DNA of 64,000 bases from an uncultured Acidobacteriota bacterium (GCA_963843575.1 CAWJKZ010000024.1:1-64000); one strand, 5' to 3'; positions 11,107 through 20,715 are shown, counted from the first letter of the stretch. A program made the numbers and translations. The notes: generated by a model not told the origin, from the letters alone.

Positions 11107-12797
11107 ATGGCAATCGGTGACGACTTCACAATTGCAGCAACATGGCGACATCCGGCACGCGTCGGGCACCGACACGGTACACCGGTGCTGGCATTCCACC
11201 GCTGGCTGCAGGACCTGGCGGACCAGGCGCAGGCTTCGGGCAACGACCTGCTGGACATCACCAGCATCACCCCGTCCGCCCGTGCGACCGACAACATCAT
11301 CACGCTGAACGCGCCGTACAACATCGACGACGCGGCGGCAGAGTTCCTGTACGACGGTTCCATCGAACAGGCCGGGGGCGACACGCTGTACTCCGGGCTG
11401 GTCGTCGTGGGCGCGGTGGCGGGGGCGACCACCCTGCAGGTCGTGCAGGACAACGCGCTGTACGACACCGATACGCCTTTCTGGGGCACCGGGATCAACG
11501 CGGACCCGACCGCGAACATCCTGTGCCGGATGCTGATCAAGACCCGCGATGTCCGGAGCGGACATCGACGGCAAGCGCATCCGCGTGTACGCCGCGGGAG
11601 TGGGGGCACACGTTCGCCGAGTTCTCCGTCACGATGGGCCTGGGCAACTCCGTCGCGGCTATCTTCACCCTGACCGACCTGAACAACGCGACCGCTCGCG
11701 GCGACGGTGGCGGGCTGGACCGACATCGTCGAACACCGAGGGCTACCAGACCATCGACCTGCAAAACGGCGACGGCGCGCAGCCCTACTACTCCAAGTGG
11801 GAAAAGATCGCGCACACGATCAACGACCTGTACGAGCGGGCCAAGTGGCTCACGCGCAGGGGGTCGTCCTCGACGATCCACGGCATGGACGGCGAACTGT
11901 TCCGGGGCATCACGCACCAGTGGAACTACGACAACGAAGCGAACGGGCCGTTCGTGGAAGACGAAGAACTGTCGTGGGGAACCGGCGCGACCGCAGGCAC
12001 GGGCATCCTGCTGGCGCTTCTGGACTCGGGTGCGACCGGGACCATGTGGATTCAGCTCCTGACCGGCGTGCCCCCGGTGGGCGACATGCAGGTTTCCGGG
12101 GCGACGGCGACCGCCGACGTGAACGGTGCGGTGACCTCGCGGTCGCTGTCTTCCGTGTTCATCGGCCAGTCCACGGGATCGGCGATGATTGGCGCGTTCG
12201 GCATCGGCGTCCTGCCTGCGGACCTGTCCAAGGACGACAAGCTGTTCGACCTTGCGAACACGCAGCGCACGCCTCCGAACAACGTCATCTTCTACGTCTA
12301 CGGGCTGGTGGCGAGCGAAGACCGCGTGCTGGTGACCAACGCGCAAACCGGAAGCATCGACTTCGACCAGATGACGCTGGCGACGGCGCTGACCGGCGGC
12401 GCAGAAACGCAGGTGGACGTGGGCGCGGGCAACATCCCTGCGGACACGCCGCAGACCGGGAACCTGCGCATCGAGCTGGACAGCGGGATCTACCGCAGCG
12501 TGCCTTACACGGCGCACGACGGCAGCAGGTACTTCACCATCGCGATCGACCAGCTTCGTCGATCCGAATGACGCGGCCAGCAGCAACAACGTGTTCCTGG
12601 CCTACATCGACAAGGACGCGGCCAGCGACACGGAGCAGGTCACGTTCAAGTACGTCGCGCCCAGAACGCTGTTCGTGCGCGTGCGCGACGGCGGTGGCGT
12701 TGCCAAGAGCAACACGCCGATCAAGACGTTCGAAACCACGGCGGGACTTGGCGTGGGCGGTGGATCGGCCACGGCGATCAGAACGCCCGACGCGTAA
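11107..12797 (+). CDS. Large virion structural/accessory protein (indel-split)
   Basis: Continuous T/G/A/D-rich beta-type sequence across frames (MAIGDDFTIAA...HRWLQDLAD...TPIKTFET...ATAIRTPDA); RBS upstream. Confidence 0.65.
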
Positions 12798-12952
12798 GGA
12801 TCTGGGTCTTGGCGGGGGCGAGCGCGTTCTAAGCAAACGCGGCCTGCGGGGTTCGAATCCCCCGGCGGCAATCCGGTTGGTGCTTAGACTGACCGAGAGG
12901 CCGTGCAGATAGGTCGGGGCAGCCCCTGCCAAGGATGGTTCGCACGGTTTGA
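12798..12952 (+). ncRNA. Candidate structured RNA / mini-insertion with T-loop and complementary loops
   Basis: 12-bp closing helix 12808-12819/12922-12933; three hairpins; GGTTCGAATCC; loops ctaagca and tgcttag are exact complements; acgcgtaa direct repeat on both sides. Confidence 0.65.
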
Positions 12953-12972
12953 ACGCGTAAAGCTGATAACAC

Positions 12973-14761
12973 ATGGCAACCCCAACGCTTGGCAGTCCGC
13001 CGACCACGATCAACGCGGCGGATGTCAACACCAACTGGCTGATCCTCACCACAGCCGACGCCGAGTTCAAAAAAGAAGGTCGAACTCGATGTCGGGCATC
13101 CTGCGCAACGACCTGGCGACAGGTCAGTACGGCCCGGTCACCGGCATTAGCATGGCGAACCAGCACATGCGTTGCTGGGTCAACTTCGGCGCTGTCCCGT
13201 ATCTGGCTGCGGAAGCGTCAGGCGGAATGGAGTTCTTGGGTCACCGACGGGACGAACACCGCCTACTACGTCATCTTCGGTTCAGACACGTATCTGGGCG
13301 GCTGGAAGAACTGCGTCGTCAATTTCGAAGCGCCCACTTCCGGCAACAAACCCACCGGCAACGTGACCACTTGGGGGTTGCGGCTTCACCGCACGGCAGC
13401 GCCTGCGCAGAAGATCAACACGTGGATCGACGCGCTGCGCTACGGCGACGGCTACGTCATTACGGGCGGGACTTCCGGCGACAAGGTCACGCTTGCGAAC
13501 ATCTATACCGTGGACAAGGCCAGCGCCTACGGCGTTCTGGACATGATCGAGGGCGTGTATCTTCGCGTACGGCAAGCTGACCTTCGGCAACGGCGCGACC
13601 ACGACCTACATCAACCTCGACAATGGTACGGTCCTGATCTTCACGAATTCCCGAAAGTCGCCACGGGGCTGTACGCGCTGATCGGGCAGGGGTCCGGCTG
13701 CAACATCGCCATCAGCGGGTCGGTCCTGCAATCGGCGGGCTCGACCGACGCCACGCGCTTCGTCGATCGACATGGACGACGCGAATTTCGCGGCGTTTTC
13801 AATGACCAGCAGCTTCATCACGCGGGCGGGCGCATGCAACTTCAAGTCCGGCCAGACGGTCACCGGGAACACATTCGACAACTGCGGCCAGATCACGGCG
13901 GCGGTGCGAACCTGTCCGGCAGCACCGTCAAGGGCTACGCGGGGACGGCAGACACGGCGGCGCTGCTCTGGGACGTGAACACGGACCCGGACACGCTGCT
14001 GGACAACATGGTGTTCACCAAGGGGTCGGCTTCGGCCCACGCGATCCAGTTCGGGACGAACAGCCCGACGACGATAAACCTGAACGGCATCACGTTCTCC
14101 GGCTACAACGCGTCCGACAGCCAGAACGATTCCGCGCTGCTGATTTCGCGCACGACCGGGACGGTCACGATCTACGCCAGCGGCTGCATGGGCACGGTCA
14201 GCTACAAGTCCGCCGGGGCGACCGTCGTCATCGTTCAGGATTCGGTCGCCTTTTCCGTGACCGTCAAGGACACGGCCGTCCCCCCGGTGGCGATCGACAA
14301 CGCACGGGTGCTGGTGCTGGCTGCGGACGCGGACGGGGCCGATGCCCTTCGACGAAACCGTGACGATCTCCAACAGCGGCACCACCGCCACGGTCACGCA
14401 CACGGCCCACGGCATGGCGACGAACGACAAGGTGCAGATCAAGGGCGCGAGCCTGTGGCAGAACAACGGCGTCTTCCAGATCACGAAGATCGGCGACAAT
14501 AGTTACACCTACACGCTGCCCAGCGCGCCCGGCAGTAGCCCAACCGGGACGATCAAGGCCACCTACGCAGCGCTGTACGGCCTGACCGGCCCTACGGGAA
14601 TCGTGTCAAGCAGCCGCGTGTTCACCAGCGACCAGCCTATTACGGGCCGCATTCGGAAGTACGGCACGTCGGCCCCGTTCTACCGGACTGCGGACATCAC
14701 CGGAACGATAGATTCCACCACCGGATATTCGACAACCGTTCAACTTCAACCGGACTCCTAA
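12973..14761 (+). CDS. Virion fibre/beta-rich structural protein (indel-split)
   Basis: T/S/G/N-rich sequence continuous across frames, beta-helix-like middle, C-terminal TATVTHTAHG...FQIT...YTY segment. Confidence 0.62.
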
Positions 14762-14764
14762 CGC

Positions 14765-15043
14765 ATGACCGATTATCAAAAACGCTACGAATCCGCGATG
14801 GTGGGGATCAGCGCGCTGCAACGCGAACTGGATCAGGTGAAGACGGAAAACGCCCGCCTGTTGCTGGAAAAGATCCAGTGGCAGTCCGAGAAGGACCGTC
14901 AGATGGCCGTCATCGCGCAGGCGGTGGGACAGGCCAATACCACCAGCAACGGCTATTTGGAAGAAAACAGAAAGCTGAAAGAAGAAATCCGGCGGCTGAA
15001 AGACGTGAACGATTCGCTGCAGGCACAATTGGACGCCGACTGA
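14765..15043 (+). CDS. Coiled-coil hypothetical phage protein
   Basis: Intact 92-aa ORF tightly packed between virion genes; heptad pattern. Confidence 0.7.
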   Translation: MTDYQKRYESAMVGISALQRELDQVKTENARLLLEKIQWQSEKDRQMAVIAQAVGQANTTSNGYLEENRKLKEEIRRLKDVNDSLQAQLDAD

Positions 15044-15044
15044 G

Positions 15045-15636
15045 ATGGCGATCACGATCAACTGGGCAACCAAGGTCATCAGCGTGCCACGGTCCGACAT
15101 GACGCTGGTGCAATCGGCCCCGGTGGAGGTCCGCGAACTGGACCTGAACGTGTTCCGGCAAGCGCTGAAGGATCTGGAGGACGCCGAAGCCGGAATTGTC
15201 TTTCTGGACACGCACCGCCACTTCACCGAAGTGTCACTTGGAACTCTGACGCTGGCCCGCGTGATCGAAATCATCAACGGCTACACGGTCACGTTCGAAG
15301 ACGGGCAATATGCCGTCAATCTCGTCGGTGCGAACAGCAACATCATGGATGTGCTGAACCCGAATCAGGTGTCCGTGCGGTCGAACAATTCGGCGGGGCT
15401 GATCGGCGCAGTCGGCGGTCAGGTTCTTGGACAGCGAAGACATCGAAACCGGGATCACTTTCCGGCACGCCCAGCGCCTTCAGCTGGCGGCTCTGGCGGG
15501 GATACTAGCGGGCGCGCAGCCGGGAAGCACGACCATTACCATCAAGAACGCGGGCAGCGGAACCAGAAGCCGGATCATCGCCACGGTGGACGAATACGGC
15601 AACCGCAGCGAACTGGTCTTCGACCTGACGGACTGA
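15045..15636 (+). CDS. Virion structural protein (frameshift near 15420)
   Basis: MAITINWATKVISVP...VIEIINGYTVTFEDGQYAVNLVGANSNI, then LAALAG...RIIATVDEYGNRS. Confidence 0.65.
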
Positions 15637-15637
15637 C

Positions 15638-16313
15638 GTGAATGCTGCGAAGTATTTCACCCCAAGATACTACCCGGCGGGATATTTCGCGACTCGCCCG
15701 GTCGAGATCGGAGAAGCGCACGCCTTCGCGTACGAGGCGTCGGGCGCCATCTGGATCGGAGGCGCGGCCGATATCGCCCGTTCCCGCTTCTTCAGCTATG
15801 AGGCCAGAAGGCGCAGTCTGGATAGTAGGTTCCGGCGACACCGGGCGCTCGCACATCTTCAGTTACACAGCGGACGGTGCCGTTTGGCTGGTCGGGGCTG
15901 CCGATACTCTCCGCTGCCGCTCCCTCAGCTACGAGGCAGACGGCGGAATCTGGATCATCGGCTCTGCCGAGCTCAGCCACGGAAAGGCATATGAGGGATC
16001 GGGCGCCATCTGGCTGGCCGGCGCCGCGGATCTGGAGTTTCTCCGAGGCATTCCGCGGCCGCTTCTGATCAAGGCCGTGATCATCGGCCAGAGGGCGGGC
16101 GCCGTCGGGTGGGCGGGAATGGCCGGTACGATTACGGTCGACGGCGTCGGGCCGCGCGCGGACATGCTCGGTAAGCAGCTGGCAGAGCTCTCTATCTCGG
16201 CAGATGGCCTTCGCGCGATGATTCGTGGCTGGTCGAAAATAGCGGCAGCGATTGAAGGGTCCGGTGCGAGCTCGCGGATAACGGGAAGTGGGCCGACGGC
16301 ATCGCTCAATTAG
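15638..16313 (+). CDS. Virion protein with five ~22-aa YEA.GA.W repeats (frameshift near 15805)
   Basis: YEASGAIW, YEA.GAVW, YTADGAVW, YEADGGIW, YEGSGAIW. Confidence 0.6.
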
Positions 16314-16322
16314 GAGACTCCG

Positions 16323-16673
16323 ATGGATATCGTCAATGAGCGGTCGAACTGGACGAGTAAGGTCTCCTTCATCGATCAGGACCGCAATCCGGTCACGCCC
16401 GATTCGGCTTCTTACAGGATCGACGACGTCGGGAGTCTCACCGAGATCCGGTCCGAAACCCCCCTCGAGGTGGAGGCGACCGAAATCGACATCAAATGGG
16501 AGTCAACGGACACCGCAATCCTGGATAAAAGCCATCCCTTTGAGCTCCGTCGAATGACGGTTTCTTGGCAGTACTTGGACGACAATGACGAATTACAGGA
16601 TGGCAACGAGCAATATCTCCTCCACGTGCGCAACCTCCCTGGCGTTCCCGAGCCGGACGCGCTGACGACCTGA
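16323..16673 (+). CDS. Small virion protein (Ig/BppU-N-like)
   Basis: Strong RBS (aggag); MDIVNERS...F.D....VTP.S.SYRIDD. Confidence 0.6.
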   Translation: MDIVNERSNWTSKVSFIDQDRNPVTPDSASYRIDDVGSLTEIRSETPLEVEATEIDIKWESTDTAILDKSHPFELRRMTVSWQYLDDNDELQDGNEQYLLHVRNLPGVPEPDALTT

Positions 16674-16701
16674 GCTCAGAAGACGGTGAAAGGCGGAGCC
16701 C

Positions 16702-17082
16702 ATGCCAATTCCAACGGCGCAAGAGCTCGATCAGAGGATCACGTTGCAGACCGTTCTTGGCGGCCCTTATTCAGCGGTCACGAAGGTTTCCCAGAACGTG
16801 CAGACCTTTGCGCGACCCTGGGCCAAGATCACTCAGGTCGGCTCGGGCGAGCTCGGGTTTGAAAGCCAGGAGGAACGCAGTCAGCGCCTCCAGTGGGAGA
16901 TCTGGATCCGCTATCTCGACGGTGTCAGCGGCCTGATGCAGATCGTTTGGAAAGGCCGCACGCTCGTCCAGACAGGGACACCGCAGCTTGTCACTGACCT
17001 CAATAATCGGCGCTGGTGGGTAATGATGGCGCAGGAGACCATAGAAACTTCCGGTCTTCCGGGTTTGAAGTGGGTGGAATAG
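16702..17082 (+). CDS. Head closure protein (SPP1 gp16-like); last codons supplied by the MITE
   Basis: LDQRITLQ, WAKI, IWIRY.DGV...MQIVW.GR. Confidence 0.75.
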   Translation: MPIPTAQELDQRITLQTVLGGPYSAVTKVSQNVQTFARPWAKITQVGSGELGFESQEERSQRLQWEIWIRYLDGVSGLMQIVWKGRTLVQTGTPQLVTDLNNRRWWVMMAQETIETSGLPGLKWVE

Positions 17083-17315
17083 GGAACTTGCGCTGGCCTC
17101 ACCGCGCCCACCCTTGGGCCAAAGGCATAGGACGCCTCCGGACGATGGAGGCCATGACCTCGTAACCCCTTTCCCTCGTAGAAGATGCGATTTGGCCTGG
17201 CGCCCGCAGCGGTCAAGGGCGCGCCAGAGGCGCGGCGAAGCGAACCCTTAACGGCGAGGACGACAGGCCCAGAATCAACGACGAGGCAAAGGGGTTACCC
17301 ACTTCAAACCCGGAA
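17057..17315. mobile_element. MITE / internally deleted IS with 19-bp perfect terminal inverted repeats
   Basis: ttccgggtttgaagtgggt (17057-17075) vs acccacttcaaacccggaa (17297-17315); internal 17/18 IR at 17162-17179 and 17281-17298; no transposase ORF. Confidence 0.75.
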
Positions 17316-17530
17316 CTTCTACCCTCACGAAACGGAACAGGTGTAGGATCGATGCCGCTCACGTATTCCCCCAGATCAGCGGGGTTCGGCGAGTAGCCAG
17401 TCCTGCGGGACTCCCCCGCCCTTCTGTAACTGATACACAAGAGCCTCTTGGAACGGACGACGCCGGGAGAGTGGACCACCAAACTCGGCAAGGGTATTTC
17501 ACCTATCTGATCATTTCTTGAGGACTTGTC

Positions 17531-18526
17531 ATGAAAACCTATCCAACTGTAAGTCTCTTTAGATGTGCTATCGCGTTCACCATGTTGTTGGCATCTCAAT
17601 CACTGAATGCCCAATCAACTGTCAGCATCACGCTTTTCAATACCGGAGTTCAGGACGACGGAACTCTTGTGCCGGACGGTGGCGTAGATCCGCACTACAC
17701 ACTCATCAGCAGTGATGATGCACGATTCCCGGCGCCGGGAAATACTTTCACTCTCCCAAGCCCCGACGAATTCCCTTTCGCATCCGGTCTTTGGGTATCG
17801 AATACTCCGATCTCGAAATGGATCGCACCCAACCCCGAGAACCTCACCAGCTATGCTCTGGGATATTACGTATACCGAACTACTTTCTCTCTCCCGGAAA
17901 CGTTTGATTCCACCACACAGGCAGCCTACATTACCGGCAGTTGGGCGTCGGACAACGCTGGCGTCGATATCCTAATCAACGGTGTCCACACCGGCAACTC
18001 AAACCCCGGAACGTGGGAACTCACCTATTTGTGGCCGCTCTCTATTACAAGCGGGTTTAGGGCTGGTCTCAATACATTGGATTTCGTCATTTTTGAGGAA
18101 GGGGGCACTCCGAGCGGCCTCCATGTTCAGTTGACGGGGATCGTGAACCTGGGTGCCAATCTGTTCAGTGAGGTTATCGTCAACGATAGGACGAGCTTTG
18201 TTGTCCAGGAAACCCTGTACGATCCAACCCCATGGCCGGGTGCTCCGGCCGGTCACTTTGTGATTTTCGCGCTTCTGACAAACACAAGTACGGACGTTCT
18301 TCAAATACCGATCAAAGCAATCGTGAGCACTTTGACCAATGGCAACATACTTATCACTGCTGCGGAAGGCGATGGCGGTGTGGGAAGCAGGCAGGGGATT
18401 GATGCTGGACCCGATGGCCTGCTGTTTCCAAACGAATCGGTCACCGTGCGGTTTAGGATCGGGCTGGCAAAGCGACGCGCGTTTACCTTTTCTGTTGACC
18501 TGTCCGGGACCGTTATTGGACCGTGA
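17531..18526 (+). CDS. Secreted two-domain beta-sandwich protein (cargo/moron)
   Basis: Signal peptide ending SLNA-Q; LFNTGV...DPHY...SKWI...YRTTF.L...W.SDN....ING...F..GLNTLDF domain of the type seen in PEP-CTERM exoproteins; visibly lower GC. Confidence 0.75.
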   Translation: MKTYPTVSLFRCAIAFTMLLASQSLNAQSTVSITLFNTGVQDDGTLVPDGGVDPHYTLISSDDARFPAPGNTFTLPSPDEFPFASGLWVSNTPISKWIAPNPENLTSYALGYYVYRTTFSLPETFDSTTQAAYITGSWASDNAGVDILINGVHTGNSNPGTWELTYLWPLSITSGFRAGLNTLDFVIFEEGGTPSGLHVQLTGIVNLGANLFSEVIVNDRTSFVVQETLYDPTPWPGAPAGHFVIFALLTNTSTDVLQIPIKAIVSTLTNGNILITAAEGDGGVGSRQGIDAGPDGLLFPNESVTVRFRIGLAKRRAFTFSVDLSGTVIGP

Positions 18527-18780
18527 TAAGTCGACAACTCAAGATTCTGGCTAACGAGGTTGCCGGGCCATGCCCGCTTTGTGGCAGAGATCTTACCATT
18601 ATCGAAGCCGCCAGCATTCTGAACCGATCGGGTTACATCCACTACGAGTGGATTCGAACCCTACGGGGAGAAAAGGCCCTGATCGATGTCAGGGACTTTA
18701 ATCCCCAGACCATGACGCCGATCAGTAGAGACCCGCCGCCGGCGCCGTCTCCAAACTCGAATCCGGAAGCAGAATTGTAA
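18523..18780 (+). CDS. Small hypothetical protein with CxxC
   Basis: 85-aa ORF overlapping the previous stop; CPLC. Confidence 0.45.
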   Translation: MISRQLKILANEVAGPCPLCGRDLTIIEAASILNRSGYIHYEWIRTLRGEKALIDVRDFNPQTMTPISRDPPPAPSPNSNPEAEL

Positions 18781-18816
18781 TCGCGTCTTAGGCTCTTCAA
18801 TTCAGCAGCTCAACCC

Positions 18817-18850
18817 GACCCGAGTTCCCGCAAGGGGGCCCGGGTTTTTA
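18817..18850 (+). terminator. Intrinsic terminator-like hairpin before the tail tube gene
   Basis: acccgagttccc-gcaa-gggggcccgggt followed by tttta. Confidence 0.6.
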
Positions 18851-18876
18851 ATTGCCCGAACGAAAGGATAGGCACC

Positions 18877-19308
18877 ATGGCCGAGACTCAGGGAATCACT
18901 GGTTTTACCACCGACGTGCAGATGAAGATCGACAGCACGTACCAGTCCATTCTGGAGCCGAAGGACATCACCGGCCCGCAGATCACGTCCGAAAAGGCGG
19001 ACTTCACCCACCAACAGTCGCCGGCGGGATTCCGGGAACGGAAGCCGACGATCAAATCCAGCGGTCAGCTTTCCTTCAAGTGCAACTACGTGAGCGGCAA
19101 CGCAACCCATCAGGCGCTCATCGACGCCGCGCTCGCCAACCCGCCGACGCTCGAGGAGTTCAAGGAGATCTACCCGGACGACAGCGGCTGGTACTTCAAA
19201 GCGTATGTCGACCTGCAGTGGGGCGCGCCCATGACCAATCCGTTGGAAATGACGGTGACGCTCGACATCGCCGGGGCCCTCACCCCGCTCGCCGACCTGA
19301 CCACGTAG
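18877..19308 (+). CDS. Major tail tube protein (siphovirus type)
   Basis: I.E.KDITGP..T....D.TH..SP.GFRE.KPTI..SGQLSF..NY, YPD...W.F.AYV. Confidence 0.85.
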   Translation: MAETQGITGFTTDVQMKIDSTYQSILEPKDITGPQITSEKADFTHQQSPAGFRERKPTIKSSGQLSFKCNYVSGNATHQALIDAALANPPTLEEFKEIYPDDSGWYFKAYVDLQWGAPMTNPLEMTVTLDIAGALTPLADLTT

Positions 19309-19361
19309 GTCCGGTCTCATCCTGGAAACTTCAACGATCCAACCCGACTACGGAGGGAAAT

Positions 19362-19482
19362 ATGGATAGGCTTGAGTTACGAACAAAATTCGCGAGCCGG
19401 ATTGAGCAGTTCCGGCTCGCCGAATTCGACGCCACCGTTTATCTGCGCTGTCTCACCGCCGCGGAGAGAAGCAAGTTCCAAG
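19362..19482 (+). pseudogene. Tail assembly chaperone, truncated after ~40 codons
   Basis: RBS plus MDRLELRTKF...EFDATVYLRCLTAAERSKFQ directly after the tail tube; the frame then loses chaperone-like character. Confidence 0.55.
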
Positions 19483-19811
19483 AGAGGGCCCCCCAGTCGG
19501 CAGAACCCAGGAGGCCGCCAGTAAACTCTGAAAGCGTACTGCACCGCCAGGGAAGTGAAAACTGGCTGGGAGTTCGACATGACGAGACTTGGCCCGGGCC
19601 GCCGGCACTGACCTCCCGGATCGTCAGCGGACCCCAACAGGGTGGTTTGCGGCGTCGACAGCCAGGGCAGGGCGACCATAAACGGCGTGCCCGTGTATCG
19701 GATCGGGCCCGAGCTCCGGGCTGCAAACGACGCCTACGACCGGAATTTCAGAAGGAAAAACCCCGCATCGGCCACGTCGGACCTATGCCCGGACTGTGAG
19801 GAGGTGACCGC

Positions 19812-20715
19812 ATGAGCACCGCACTCCAACTCGCCGACCGAGAGACATGGCTCCAGCAGCGGACGCTCGGTATCGGGGCCAGCGAGGCATCCACCATACT
19901 GAGACTCAACCCTTACAAATCCGCCTACACCCTCTGGGCCGAAAAGACGGGACTGATCGAGGCCGCGGATCTCTCGGACAACGAGGCGGTCGAGTGGGGC
20001 ATCGAGCTCGAGCCGCTGATCGCGAAGAAGTACGCGAAGGCAACCGGCAGGGAGCTGATCGATCCGGGCCGCTTCACGATCCAGCGGCATTCCGAGATCG
20101 ACTGGATGATTGCTTCGCTCGACCGAGTCATTCAGCCCATCGACAACCGCGGCCCCGGTGCCCTGGAGATCAAAACCACGGACGCACGGCACGCCGCGGA
20201 GTGGGACGAGGACGCTCCTGTCGGCTACCAGGTGCAGCTCATGCACCAGCTGGCCGTGACCGGTTTCCAGTGGGGAAGCCTGGCCGTGCTGATTGGCGGC
20301 CAGCAGTTCCGCTACATCGACTATCCCCGTAATAACGAGTTCATCGACCACCTCGTCCGGGCGGAGGCCGACTTCTGGAAGCGGGTCACGGAGCAGGAGC
20401 CCCCGCCGGCCGTGGACGGATCGGACTCCACGCGGGAGGCGCTGGCAAAGCTGTACCCGAAGGACAAGGGCACGACGTGCCTGCTGCCGCCCGAGACGTC
20501 GGGCTGGATCGAGCGCAGGGCGACCGCGAAGGCGGCGATCAGGGCGGCCGAGGCGGAAGTGCAGGAGTGCGAGAACTTCATCCGGGCCGCGATCGGAGAG
20601 CACTCGTATGGGTCTCATGGCTGACGGTTCCGGATTCGCATGGCGCACGCAGAAACGGGCCGGTTACACGGTACCCGCGAAGGAATTCAGAGTTTTGAGG
20701 GAGGTGAGGACATGA
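19812..20715 (+). CDS. YqaJ/lambda-exonuclease-like recombination nuclease (frameshift near 3' end)
   Basis: WL..R..GIGASE...L.LNPYKS...LW.EKTG, WG..LE, ASLDR, LEIKT, Y..Q..HQLAVTG. Confidence 0.92.

Noticed and set aside
12798-12880. Canonical phage tRNA (Leu-AAG, Arg-TCT or amber suppressor)
   Set aside because: T-arm present but no D-arm or 7-bp acceptor stem, and the CTA and TCT readings lack a paired anticodon stem; reported as a structured RNA instead
17162-17298. Integron attC site (AAC...GTT palindrome)
   Set aside because: Core sites do not fit RYYYAAC/GTTRRRY, there is no cassette array or integron integrase, and it lies inside a TIR-bounded element
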